Below are positions 15,101 through 29,490 of a DNA stretch of 64,000 nucleotides, piece by piece. The position numbers and the translations under genes were made by a program. The notes under the pieces were generated by a model. It was not told the DNA's origin and searched no databases. It was given only the letters and a program-made list of their open reading frames with translations. Origin of the DNA: the human T2T-CHM13v2.0 reference genome, Homo sapiens. Within the stretch, counting starts at the first letter, position 1. Every line of letters begins with the position of its first letter. Location of the stretch: assembly GCF_009914755.1 (NCBI RefSeq), contig NC_060927.1. One strand, 5' to 3'.

Positions 15101-15410
15101 TATTTTATTTATGCATTTATTTATTGAGACAAGGTCTCGCTCTGTCACTTAGGCTGGAGTGCAGTGGCATGACCACAGTCATTGCAACCTTGAACTCCGG
15201 GGCTCAAGATATTCTCCTTCCTCAGCCTCCCAAGTAGCTGGGACTATTGGCACATGCCACCATGCCCAGCTAATTTTTAAAAAACAGTTTTGTAGAGGCC
15301 AGGTTGTACTTTGTTGCCCAAGTTGGTCTCAGACTCCTGGCTTCAAGTGATCCTTCCACCTTGACCTCCCATAGTGATGGGATTACAGGCGTGAGCCACC
15401 ACACCTGGCC
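15101..15410 (-). mobile_element. Alu (AluJ-like)
   Basis: Diverged full dimer. Confidence 0.9.
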
Positions 15411-16159
15411 TGAACCAATTTTATTACCTTCCATTTGTATTAACACTAACAAAAGCAAAACAATTTAAAAAACATGTATTTCTAGTCCAACTATCAATTG
15501 GAGTCATTGTGCAACATGGCATGTGTTGAGTAACTGCAATTTCAAGGCAGTCCTATTTTTTGGTCATCTTCTGATAGACTACAGAGGAATTTATGAATGA
15601 AAAACTTCCAGCTGGGAAAGAAAATTTGGAATTCGACTTTAACAAAAATTCTCATGATAATATAGAAAATACTAAATTCAGATTAGATTAATCTCAGTAT
15701 TGTGTGGCTATCAAAAAGAAGAAACATTTAGAAAATAAAGAGTGCCACATACATTGATGCTGAGGAGATATTAGGAGTAGGAAGAGAAATTTGTAACAAG
15801 GGAATGGTCTATCTTGTCTTGCTTCTGCTGTCCTTTCACTTCCTAACAGAAACAGGGTAAGTATCCCTGCTTATTTCTGGCAATACTGGAAGGGAGAGTA
15901 GGGCTTCTAGGTCAAGGTTTAGCTACAATGTCCTTTCTTAGTATGAGCTTCTTTATAACTATTTTATTTAAAAAGAAAAGAAACTTTGTTGTTATATAAA
16001 GAAGGAAAAGGGAAAATATATAACTTCTGAGTGGCTTTTTCCTTTTGAATATATTGTTGCCAAGGGCTGCCAGGTTGTTTTTAGAAGCAAAAAGTGAACA
16101 AACTGCAACATTAACAATGGCATTAAAGCCACCAAAAGTTGTTTTCTAAGTCATTAAAG

Positions 16160-16625
16160 GTGTATCCACATTCACAGAAGCATTATTCACAATAGTCAAA
16201 AGATGGAAGCAATCCAAATGTCCATGGACAAATGGATGGAAAAATAAGATGTGGTGTATACATACAATGGAATATTATTCAGCTTTAGAACAGAAGGAAA
16301 TTCTGGCACATGCTACAACATGGATGAGCCTTTGTTGTTGAAGTGAAATAAGCCAGTCACAAAAACTGTATGATTTCACTTACATGAGGTATCTAGAGTA
16401 GTCAAACCCTAGAAACAGAAAAATGATGGTTGTCAGGGACTGGGGAGACGCAGAAATACAGAGTTATTGTTTAATGGGTATAGAGTTTCAGTTTTGCAAG
16501 ATGAGAAAGTTCTAGAGATTGGTTGAAGAACAATGTAAATATACTTAACACCACTTAACTGTACTCTTAAAAATGACTAAGATGTTAAATTATATGTGTA
16601 GTTTACCACAATTAAACATTTTAAG
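16160..16625 (+). mobile_element. L1M (L1MA/MB-like) 3' fragment
   Basis: cattattcacaatagtcaaaagatggaagc...gtttcagttttgcaagatgagaaagttctagag. Confidence 0.85.
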
Positions 16626-17612
16626 AAATCAATGAATAACCCTAAAAATTATGAAGGACTGAAATTTTAAAATAAACTTTAAAACAGTCTGAATAATATT
16701 TTTAAAAAGTTATTAAAAGTCAATAAGAGTCTCAAGTTGGAATGGGGCATTACTAGTCTAGCAAAATCACATCGATGTACCATACAAAGCTGAGTAAACA
16801 AATAACCCCAAAGGTCTTCAAATAATAATTGTGAGGTCCCAATTGGGGTTCCCTTCTTGGTTGTCAAAATAGAAGGGGAAAACTCAGAAGAGCCAAACCC
16901 CCAAGAACCTTCTTGAGATGACAGCTGACATATTTAGGTTTATTCCTGGCATCAGTGAAATTCTAATAGCTTAATCTTCTACAGTACTTGTGGGAACTGT
17001 GAATTCTATGATATGCTTAACTGCCTTAGGAAAGACTTGCTTGATGTTTTTTCTAAGGCCTTTGTTTTTCTTAAGAGCTAGAAGCCTGACCATGAAAAGT
17101 TAAGCCTTTTTCTCTTCCCTACCTATTGTTATTACATTTTATGAATCTTCAGCAACTGAAGATTTTTATCCAGTGAATAATTTGAGGGTGAAAATGGTGA
17201 GTTACTGCAATATTGATCTGTCAGGAGTACGTTGTTCTCAGAGTTCTGCCAAAGCAAATCTGGTTGTATAAGGAGCTGGTCAGCCAAGACCTTTCCAATA
17301 GTGTTTTCTAATACTAATTGTCTGTTTTCTTTTCACTTTTTTGGGTAATATTGAATAGATATGTTTATACAACTTTTTAAAAAAACATATTTATCTGTCT
17401 CTCCCACTTCTGCTTATTCTTTATTTCTTATTACATTATCTGGAAAGCTGTGGTGATGAGGTCAGTGTTTTTCTTATTTTGGTGACTGACAACATTGAAC
17501 TTTCATAGATGTGATTTTGTGACAGTAGTAATCTAGCCTGCTGCCCTTTCATTGCCCTCAGTTGACCTGCTTCTGCATCTCACTTATTAGCGCTTTTACA
17601 GAAAAGAGTGGA

Positions 17613-17780
17613 GGCTGGGCGTGGTAATCCTCGCACTTTGAGGGGCTGAGGTGGGAGGATCGCTTGAGCCCAGGATGTTGAGGCTGCACTGAGCTGTGGT
17701 CATGCCACTGCACTTCAGCCTGGGCAAAAGAGTAAGACTCTGTCTCAAAAAGAAAAAAAAATAAAAATAAAAAAGGAAAA
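17613..17780 (+). mobile_element. Alu right monomer (FRAM/AluJ-like)
   Basis: Monomer with A tail and TSD agaaaagagtgga on both sides. Confidence 0.85.
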
Positions 17781-18329
17781 GAAAAGAGTGGAGAACTAGG
17801 CGGATCAGGCCATAGAGACACGCATAGCGTTGATAAGGTGCTCTCTCTGCCAACCCCTGAATCAAGGGACATTTCCCTGCTTGGTTGGTTATACTGCTGT
17901 ATTCCAGGTTAGATGGTTTCAGAGACAGAGGGGAGGTGAGAAGGGAAAGTAGAAGTTTATAGTCAAATTCATGAGTATTCAGTGAAAACATGTTGCTTTA
18001 GGCACATAAATCGCTTAGATTTTATAATCTTATACTTAGAAGTGAATTACTGCAATGATATACTAAAAGAAAAAACTCTCATTGACAATTTAGCCAAGTG
18101 GATTTCTGATTCTCCTGAGAATAGTGTGGATATATTACTGTTGGGTTCATCCTCCTTCACCTGCTCCCAGCCATATGGCTACCTACATGCTTCCAGTGCA
18201 AAGAAAAGGAGTGGTGAGATAAAATGATTTACTCCCTCTGAATAAAGCTGGCTTGTTGTCAGGGCGAAGGCCAGAGGGAATCTTCCAAAACATAAAAATA
18301 CTTATATTGGGATTTTGTAGTAAGTCGGA

Positions 18330-18744
18330 TATTAGCCGCCCAAAACCTATGTTCATGTCTTGGAAGCAGTGAATATGACCTTTTTGGAAGAAGAGTCTTT
18401 GTAGTTCAATTAAGTTAAGGATCTTGAAAAAAGAGCATCCTGTATTACTCAGATTAGCCTTAAATCTAAGGACAACTGTTTTTAAAAGAGAGACACAGAG
18501 AAGGCCCTGTGAAGACAGGCGAGATCAGAGTTAGGAAGCCACAAGCCAAAAAAAAATGCCTGAAGCCACCAGAGCTGGAAGAGGTGAGGAAGAATTCTCC
18601 CTAGAGCCCTTGGAGGAAGTACAGCGCTGCCAACACTTTGATTGCAGACTTCTAGCCTTTGGGAGTATCAGAGAACAAACTTCTGTTGTTTTAAGCCGCT
18701 AAATCTGTGGTGATTTGTTACAAGAGCCCTAGGAAGCAAATACA
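18330..18744 (+). mobile_element. MLT1-family (ERVL-MaLR) solo LTR
   Basis: gccacaagccaa...gctggaagagg...ttctgttgttttaagcc...tttgttacaagagccctaggaagcaaataca. Confidence 0.85.
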
Positions 18745-18807
18745 GATATCTTCCTTAGAAATGGTAGAATCTTATAATGTGATCTCTTTGCAGGCAATAG
18801 AAACTTT

Positions 18808-18945
18808 TGTTTTTTTTTTTTTTTTTTGGAGATGGAGTTTTCCTATGTTGTCCAGGCTGGTCTGGAACTCCTGGAGTCAAGTGATCCTCCTCACTTCAGC
18901 TTCCCAAGTAGGTGGGAATATAGGCGTGCACCACTGCCCCCGGCA
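18808..18945 (-). mobile_element. FLAM-like Alu monomer
   Basis: Poly-T followed by gagatggagtt...caggctggtctggaactcctgg. Confidence 0.85.
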
Positions 18946-19089
18946 GAAACAGCAGTTTTCAGTACCAGTGTGGTAGGCAATGGCTAGATGCCTAACTTAA
19001 ATTATCCCTGTTTTAAAGATAAGGAAACTGAGGCTCAATGTGTCATGAGGGCCATGTGGGGAGCTGGGTGAGAATCCTGCTGACAGGTC

Positions 19090-19325
19090 GTACGGTGAAG
19101 TGGTTACAAGCTTGGGCTCTGGTCCTGTCTGGGTTTGAATCCCAGCTCTGTTCTTACTAATTTTGTGACCCTGGCCAAGTTACTCAATCACTCTGACCCT
19201 CAGTTTCTCCAGCTGGAGAACAGGAATAAGATAACTTCATTCACACAGATGCTGGGATGATTAAAAAGTATAAAATATTTAGAATAACACATAGGAAGAG
19301 CTAAGTGAATGTTAGCTATTATGAT
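19090..19325 (+). mobile_element. MIR
   Basis: ctgggtttgaatcccagctctg...tgtgaccctggccaagttact...ctcagtttc. Confidence 0.85.
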
Positions 19326-20566
19326 TACTACCACACTATTCTAATATGGTATTGCTAGATTATGACTACCAGGCAAAGAATGAAAGAGAATGGGATCATT
19401 TTTAAGGTGGGGCATATGACTTTTATTGGTTACTAAATTCAAAACCAGTTTTAGAGAGGTTATTTTTCAGAATGTTTATTCAATTTTGGTGTGGCTGTCA
19501 TAAAGCAGACAAACAGGCTTCAGCAACCTCAATGGCACCTGTTCTTTGCTGAATACCTTACAGTGTTCTGCAAATGCCAGGCATCCTACAAGTATTTTTG
19601 AATTAGTAAAATCAAGGCTTGTTATCAATAATGTTAAAGTAATATTGAGCTTTCAAAAATATTTTGAAATGAAGAAATTATTGCCAACCATTTCAGAGTT
19701 ACAAATCTCCAAAAACACTGTAGCAAAAGGGGAAGGATTGGGAAGCAATCATTCATAAGATAAATCTATTTGTTTTTGTCCACATCCCCTACCCTTGGCT
19801 GATAGGTCACTTTTACTATAGGTCACTCACTATAGATTGAATAAAAGTGGACAGGCAGCTAGTAGTATCTAGGTGTTTTTTTTGTAATTCTATTTCCTTT
19901 TCTTTCTTTATTAAAAATAAAGGAACCAGAAAAAAATTAATGTTCTGTTATAAACATTAGGCATCTTCATTTTAATTGTTAATATTTTTGGAAAATAGTG
20001 TTTTCATTTTACCATATTTTTCTCTTAATTTGTCTGATCTGGTTAATTAAATGCTTATTAAAACATATATTCCTCTCTTGTACCAAAGGTCTTCAAGGGT
20101 AAGATGCTGCTCCATTTAAATAAAAGATGAAGGATGTCGAAACACAAGCAGCCTTTAACCAGTAGACCCATAAATAAGACAGTAGCTAGTGCTATGCAAT
20201 TCTAACACTGGCACTTGTGCTGGGATTGGCCTCTTCTAGGCTAGGAGTTCTTAACCTGGAGGTCAAGGACTTGGGGGGAGGGTCCTATGGACCCCTTGCA
20301 ATGTAGGCAAATTTTGCATAAACATTTTTCTGCACACGTTTCAAAGGAACTTGGAATATCCGTAAGTTGAGACCTCCAAATTACTAGAGCTAATTGCCCC
20401 ATTTTATTCCTTTGTATCATCTCAAATGCCAATATAATATCTAGTGTATAATAAATGTTTGCTGGCTGCTTAGGAGAGAACTAGATGTGTTAATGACGCC
20501 ATCTCACAGTGAAAAGGGGCAGATTTCTCAAAGCAAGTCTCCGTGATATAATCAGAATTTACTTGC

Positions 20567-20659
20567 CTAAGAAAGTCCAGGTCTGGTTCTTCAGCCTTGC
20601 TCCTTCACGAAATGATCCTGTGTGGGTTAGTTCTCCTCTCTGGGTTGCTGTTTCCTCAT
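20567..20659 (-). other. SPTSSB: SPTSSB 5'UTR exon 2 (93 nt), exonized antisense MIR
   Basis: Acceptor tctttattttgcag|ATGAGGAAAC and donor TTAG|GCAAGT (GC-AG type). The plus strand resembles the MIR core (ctctctggg...gtttcctcatctgcaaaat). Agrees with my recollection of the SPTSSB mRNA leader, which I cannot verify here. Confidence 0.75.
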
Positions 20660-23600
20660 CTGCAAAATAAAGATTTGAATTAAATAAACCAAAAGATGTC
20701 TTCAAATTTTAAAACCATTCTGTCCCATGTAAATGGTCATTAAGCCATCTAGATGGATAATCTCTCACAAAAGTCTAGAATGTGTTATAAACACAAGGCA
20801 CAACAAGCCAGCCTTATTTGAAAAATTATTTTTAGAAAAGGTCACAGTTTGAAGATATGCCATTGGCTAGTGATTCCCCAATCAGGACTATAAAGTGCCA
20901 CAGGTACCAGGGTTGAGGGGAGGCCCAAGGAGGGACAAAGGGAGGGGCTAAGAACACCCCACCTCACTTCTTTTGGAGCAGACTGCTTTTGATCTGCTCT
21001 CTAATTCAGTTTTTGGGTGAGATTTTGTTTGTAGAAAATATTTCTTGACTTTATTAATCTCTCTGAATATCCATGGGGGACACGGGGAAGAGATTAGATT
21101 AGTCACTATCTATAAAAAATTTGTCTTTAAAATCACATTGGATATAGTCAGAAGCAATAAGGCTTATATCTTATTGTGTCATTTATTTGATGTGGAACAT
21201 CAGGTATGTCATACAGTCTTTCTCAGTCTTTTTCCTCATATATAGAACAGTGATATTGTCTTATGCATATATTAGGTGTGAGAATTAAATGAGAAAATAT
21301 CTGTGAAAATGTCTTGTAATTTGTGAAGCATCATAAAGATGGTTAGTGTGTCTTCAGTAGTTAGCCCCAGATTTTTGCACTTTGCCCTGACCATTTGTAG
21401 CTTTTTTGTCCATATGAATTAAGTTAAGAAAAGTACGTATCATCAAATTTCCAGATGATCCCATGTTATGGTGTAGGGGGATAAGAGACTTAGCAGATTG
21501 CAGATTCTGAGGGTAAAATGGGGAAATCAAAAGGTCCTGTTCTTCCATACAAAAAGACAATTGGTAAAGATAAGATTGGAGAAAATTAGCTTATAAGGAG
21601 TCCCAGTAAAAATACTAAGGATTTTTTATTGGCTTCAAGTTCATTTTAAACCAATAGTTTTGTGATATGACTGCCAAATAAATAAATAAGCGGTCCAATA
21701 TTCTTACATATCTATAGAAATATGGTGTCACAGATGAGAAAAAGGGGATATGGCTTCTGGCTTTGATTAGCATTCTTCCTCTAGCTGTTAAAATGGTCAC
21801 TCCAGCAAGCTAAGCATATCCATAGAAAGCTAGATGGAGAAGTCCTGGAAGGTTTCCTCTGGGAAATGCTGAGAGAAGATTTGGGGGGAGGAATGTGTCA
21901 TGGAAGTCTTAAAAGATCTAAAAGGTATTAAAGGGTGTTATAGGCTGACATGGAGGAGAAGATTTGGAACTGTTGTTTTGTTTGCAGAGGTGAATCTTAG
22001 GAAAAACTTTAAAAAATCAGAGCTGTCTAAAGGGGAATGGGTTATGTGGTGAGGTAGCGAGAGCTCCATTAGGAAAATTGTCCAAGCAGAGGCTAGACAA
22101 CACCTTCTAAGTGTTGCTATGCATCAGGAGGCAGGTTTTAAGAAGATATTACTAAAATCTCACCGATTCTAAGATAGTATTTCTACAGTAGAATTAAATA
22201 TTCCACCAGAGAATTATTTACTTTGTTAAAATGTTTTTGTCATATTAAAAAAAGTGTGGAGTTTGAAATTGGCAAACTGGAGTTTGCTATTGCATGGTAT
22301 TTGGATATTGTTTAACCTCTTTGAACATTAGTTATGCCATCAGTAACATGGTGATTATCAATTATTTCTGCATTATTGTGGAGATTAAACAATGCAACAT
22401 TGGTGAAAGGTCCTTAGTGATGACTGGTCTTAGTAAAGGCTCAAAGATAGTAACTTTCGTCACAATTATTATTTGTTCCTTCTATTTTCTACATGCATTT
22501 TATTTCCTCTTATCTAACAGATTCCTTTTAGGTGATTCTACTGAATCCTTCAGGGACATGTGATATAAGTGGGTGAAATGATAACTCCCATGAGCCTCGT
22601 AGGAAGAATTCACCCCGAAGGAAGTTAGCAGATCACAGAGTTACTGTTTTGTATTTGCATTGATGCTTGTTTCCTCCTAAATAGAGGTAACTTGTGGAAC
22701 AGCTTTTCTTTGTTGTTGTTCTAAATTATAACCTGATTTTCCTGCCCATCAAAACCAGAACTAGGCCAACCTGATTGATTTATTTTTTCTTTGTTCAAAG
22801 TTTTAGGCAATAAAACAACCTACTAAAATTTTAAGGCCCAAGCTCTCCATCGCAGAGTAGACATGATATCTGCAGCCTCTAGGAGTAAGAAGGGTTAGTA
22901 ACTGAACTATTGGGCTCAGTTATGTATGTTTCTATGCCTAATTTTTCTATCAATAAAGTGAACCTAAATCAATTTTACTTAAAATTGCTCTTCAATGGGT
23001 GAATTAATAAAGGAGAAGCAGTTTACTATTCTTAGAAAAAGATCAAACACATGAGATCCTGTTCTCTCAAGCATACTGCCAAATATTAAGTAAGAATCTT
23101 CCACTTCAAATGCATTGAGCTAAGGGACAAATGTACTGCGACTCCACCTCCCCATGACAGACCTTTGGTAAAGAGTTCACATCAAATTTTTTAAGTTGTT
23201 CACTTTGTTTCTTAACTACTTTTTGCTTTTCCTTCTAAAAATCAAATTTGTACTCCACAGCATTGATTATTTTAGACTCATTCCCCACCAAATATAAGAA
23301 TTTATTTTTTTGATTCTATAAACAAGAAACAAATCAGAATCTATAGCTAATCAAAATTGATAACTGTGAGAGTGGGAATGATCAAGGTACAGCTTGTTAT
23401 TGCTTAAACAGTTGCCTTGTTTATGATGACAAATAATTACATTAAAAAGCTGCATGACCAGACTGTGAAATAACTTATTTAAAGGATTGTTAGAGGAACT
23501 GGGGCTATTTAACATATATTATTCATAAAGCCCATGAAAATTGAGTAAGCACTTTCTACGGTATCTAATTTAGTGAGTAGTAGTGATATTATGTTTGATT

Positions 23601-26600
23601 ACAAATGTAGAGTTTAGACAACACTTATAAGAAGTTGTTGAATTTTTCTGTTGCAGCTTTATACAATATGATAGTAATAATAATACGTACAAATGTATGC
23701 TTCTTTGTATTATTTACAAATATATATATTTATATCCACTAATATGTATGTATATCATTTGTAAATTTAAAAGTAACCAAATTAATTTATCATTTTAAAA
23801 TAAGGTGTCAATTATGTTCTTAAGAGTTTACAATTGCTAAGTACTAGATTAGAAAGTTATTTATTTATTTCAAAATTTCATTTCCATTATGTTGGTTCCA
23901 TTATGTTTAGCTTAAAAGATTTTAGAGAAGACCAAATGTAAACTTTTTAGGAAAAACATTTCTTTATTTTAACTCTTAACCTCACTAGAGAGATAAGGTT
24001 CTATGTTATGTGACAAATAATGCTTCTCCATCAATAGTATAATACATTTAAAAAATGTCTCTAGAAATAGTACAGTTAATCAGATTTTCTTGACTATTTG
24101 AGTGACAAATACTGACTTTTGTATATTAAATTCAATATTAGTGAAGGTAGATCAGATAAAGATAGTAGCTAAGTCAGAAGACTTTGCTGACAACTTTAAG
24201 AGAAATATTGTTGCTATGCTAATAGACTGGTTTTTAATCACAAAGAATAATTTCTTTGTTTATTAATAGTTTTAACTACTGTTGAAACCATACCTGCTCT
24301 TATAGAAATAAAGTATCCCCTGAGATATCACAATAAAAATTATAAAATATTATGAAAAATATAGACAACCATAATTTTACCATTTTTAAAAAACTTTGTA
24401 TATTGTTAACACTTTGGAGTTTTTTCTATGCATGTTTTACTTTCACACTTGATTGTAGTCAAAGTATGTATTTAATTCTGTATTCTGATTTTTTCAATTA
24501 ATTTTGCTCAAAGGGATTTTTAAATATCTTTACACAGTTTTCTAATCATCTTTCTAATGATTGATTGCATTAGGCTAAATTTCAAGGTACCTCAAGATTT
24601 ATTCCATTCGTACCACAAACATTTATTGGTCACTGCTATAAGCTTAACATTGTTTTAGGCACTTTACAAAAACTTCTACCCCTGTGCAGTCTATGGGAAG
24701 ATGACACAGGATGTATAGATGGTACATGAAAAAAAAAATCCATAAAATCTCTAATTCAGTGCTATTACTATCCTAGTGTTAAATACTTCAGTTTTTCATT
24801 AAGTTGCTGATTATTAGCCAAGGCAGTAAAAAATATGTATATATGTTTGTGTAGATCCTGTGGCAGGTTTAAATCTATTAAACTTAAACTACTTTTTTTT
24901 AAAATTTCTCTATCTAAACAGATATACAGCAGTCATAGCCTAGTAACAACGCCAGAATAATTTTGAGACCAAAGGAAAGTTCTGCCTGGATAGTTGATCA
25001 GGACAGCTTCTATTTTCAGTGGGCCTGGGCATGTGTGCTAGGCATCACATGCTTTCCTTCATGTGTGATGGCTCCCAATTCAGAGATCCCACAGTCATCA
25101 AAGGTCGCTATCTGAGTAATTAAAACAAAAATGTTTTTGAGCGAGATTTAAAATTTCCTATGAGGATCCCTTTGGTAGGGGAAGAGCCCAAGCATATTCT
25201 CTCAGATAGAAGTAGAAGAAAGCAGCAAAGTTACTGGGTTTCCATATGTTGGTCACAAGTTAGCTTTTCATCTCATTTAGTTGGTAATAGATAACTCCAT
25301 ATGAGGAGGCACTATGCTAATTTTGATTAAAGGTCACACACAGGAAAAAGCATTAGATTTTCAAAAGAAACAAAAAGATAATACAACACCCTTAGGTTTA
25401 GATAAGACTAAGCTTCAAATAAGATGCATCCATATATATATAATATATATTTATTTAATTTTTTTTGCTTTATTTTCTACTTCTTCATCAGTGAACATTC
25501 ATTGGTGCTTATTTCTATGAGGCACAATTAGAATGTTCCAGAACGTAAACATGAACTGATATTTTGGCTATATATGGGGAATGTAAGTGTGGTATTATTG
25601 CCCCAGAAAAGTTGCTTTGGGCATGACATCTTGCGCTTTTTTCCTTCTTTCTTTTTTTGAATCATTTTAACTTTCTTGTTCAATAGGCTATTTACATTTA
25701 TTCCCAAATTCTCTTTTTAATATTTTTATAGATATTGAACTCAAAGTGATAACTTTAGCTTGGAATTACTAATTGACAACCTTTGATCTTATAATGGAGC
25801 TGAAAGAGCAGGGATACAATACTTAAATGGCAAATTGTCACCTGGAAGCTGCCATTTTATACTGATAATAGTAGCAGATATTTATTGAGCAACTTATGTT
25901 TCGGAAGTTTGATAAGCACTTTATATGAATTACTTTATGCAGCTCACTTAACAACAATATAAGAGATGCACTACTTGTATACCTGACAAATCATTTATCC
26001 ATCCTTCCAGCCAGCTAGCCACTCAGTCAAGTATTTAGCAAGGATGTAGGAGGGATATAAACTGTCAATAAGATAGACATGGTCACTGTCCTTAGGCTGC
26101 TTTCTAGAGAAGAGGAGGAGCAATTAAGCAAGCATCCACACACAGTGTGGTTTATGCTATGATAGGGAAGTGTAAGGTTCTCAGGGGCATAGAAGAAGAC
26201 TCTAATCCAGTCTGGAGGAGGTGTCAGGTCGGCAAATCAGAAAGTTGTTGTCCTTATTCCTGTGTTCTCAGACATTTTGTTGCAAAAGGCATATAACATA
26301 TCCTCAGAAGGAAAGGTCTTTGAAATAAGGTCCTCTTCTGTCTTGTTACCTAAGTGCCTACCACATAGTAGCTGCTCAATCAAAATTTGTTGAATGAATG
26401 AATGAGAATTCTAATGCTCCATAATAACTCCCTTGTGACAGGGGGTCTTTTGACTTATTTCTAACTTTATCTTTATTCTGAATATTCTTAAACACTTTTC
26501 CTCTAAGCCTGAAATAAATGTATCCTTTTGACTTACAAAATCAGGTCTCTGCTCCCTTTTAAGCCATTACTAAAAGCTCTAGTCCAAGAAAGCTGCGGCA

Positions 26601-26892
26601 CCCATTATATTTCACTAGAAAGAGACCTCCTCAGGTCTCCTTTAAACCAAGTGCCCTGAGTAGGAATTCTGGGACAATCTGGTAAAGTGGAGACTGGTTG
26701 CTTTTTCCCTCTTTTTTTCAGTTGGTCTGTGGGATTTGATGCTCTGCTCACTTTCCATAGTTCTGAAAGACTTGTTCTCTCTTTACCTGGGCATGATGGC
26801 CTGGAAATTTCTCTTACCTTACTTCTCCCCAACACTTTCACTCTTCAAACGGTATTAACTTTGGGGAACTAGTTCTTAATTATTTACCACAC

Positions 26893-27014
26893 AATTCTCT
26901 GGAAGACTGTAAGAATCCAGGACAAAGCTAGAGGAAGAGACCAAAAGCAAACTAATTCTCTGGAAGACTACAAGAATCCAGGACAAAGCTAGAGGAAGAG
27001 GCCAAAAGTAAACT
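26893..27014 (+). repeat. Tandem duplication, 2 x 61 bp
   Basis: Units at 26893-26953 and 26954-27014 with 4 mismatches. Confidence 0.95.
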
Positions 27015-27657
27015 GAAAGCCCAGGCTGATGATTTCTTTGAGCAATTTTTGTTATTATAATGCAGTGATTTACATAGGTTGTAATTCGCGAGAGCAGGTG
27101 TTGGGTTCTGTCTTCCTTATGCTTACTTGGAAGGCCTTTGTGCTGATATACTATTTTTTTCTGATGAAACAACAGCAAATATAGGCAGCAAAATAATCTT
27201 GGTGGTTGAAGCTAATGGCAAGGGGAAACCAAAGCTTCCCAGGGGAAGAGAGAAATTAACTGGGAGCTGGTAGTCCTTTTGGCGAGTTACAGTGGCCAGG
27301 TTTGTATGTGATTTTACATTTTTCTAATTGCATGATCTTAATTCCTAGTCTGATCTCACTATTTAAAATTGTAGCTCGTTCTTTTCTCTGTTTTATGTTT
27401 CTTCAGAGCCCTTATCTACATTATGTAATTTACTTATTATTATTAATGTTTGACATCTTGGGAATTTTTGTCTATTTTGTTTATTACTTATCCAGGGCCT
27501 AGAAGTGACCTGGTACAGGGTAGGTGTGCAATAATTCATTTATCTTTTTTAAAATCTGTTGAATAAATGAATTATTAATCCTGATGAAAGCAATATTTTA
27601 AAAGTAACTATAATCAAGTTTTTTCCTACATGTATTGATTTTATAAACAAATGGCTG

Positions 27658-27975
<318 letters not shown>

Positions 27976-29081
27976 AATTGCTGGACATTAAAAATTATTT
28001 TATATAAATCTTTTAATTAGAGAAAATATTACAGTGGACTTCTACAAAAGCTTTCATGGTCAAAACCCACACAAATCAGCATGATATGCTCCTCAAAAAC
28101 ATACACATGAAAGAATAAGCCTGTGCTGGTGAGAATGGAAAATCTTGAGGTTTCCTGAAGCCGGTAGACTTAAATCCCTAAAGCTAAGGGTATGGTTTGT
28201 TTCAGTGAACTAATAACTGTCTGGCAGCAAGGCTGAGGCTGCTTGCCACCCCCATGACACTCTGAGGCTCACTAGTTTTATATTTCCATTTCTGGACGAA
28301 GCATTATCATTTGATTTCATGGTTCTTAGTACAGGATCAGGCAGCTTGTGGGAACTCAAAACATAAAAGATGAATAGAGGAACATATTAATTATTTGGGA
28401 GAGTCTCCTGCATTTGAGGTTGTCGTAATCACAGCAGATGCTTTCTGACAATGACATGTTAGTATGCTGTGAAGACTTCAGTGGCTGCTCCAGCTTTTCC
28501 TCTTCCCAAGACTCTCTGGCTTTTAGGGCCAGTCTAGTGTAGGCAAAACTGGGTTAATCTGAGTAGAAGGCAAGTACACTTTTGGCTGAGATCCAGGTAC
28601 CTTCCTCTCTCACCCAATGTGGGCCTGAACAAACTCAACCGCTGGCCTGAATCACTGATAAAGGACTAGACATATCTAGAAGTAGGAGGAACAAGTGGCC
28701 TCACAGGTCCTGGATTAATATAACGAATTGATGAGTCCAAAAAGATATAGCATTGCAAGCAAATTCTTTGTAGGACTATACTAATGACATTTGACTTAAT
28801 TCTAAGTGGAGAAAAGTTTGGGCAGGCATGTAAACATATGTGAATCACATAGCTGTGTGACACCTGTGAAATTCTTAAATATTTCATATATTTTAATGTG
28901 GTCATTGGGGAAAAGCCTCACATAAACTATTGGTCAAATGGCACATGCGGATTCAGCAACTCTAAGTTTTAAACCCATTTGTTCTTTTAATACTCTGGAA
29001 AATTTTTTTAAACCGGCTTTATTGAGATAAAACTCACCATACAATTTACCTACTTAAAGTACACAATTCAGTGGTTTTTAG

Positions 29082-29490
<409 letters not shown>

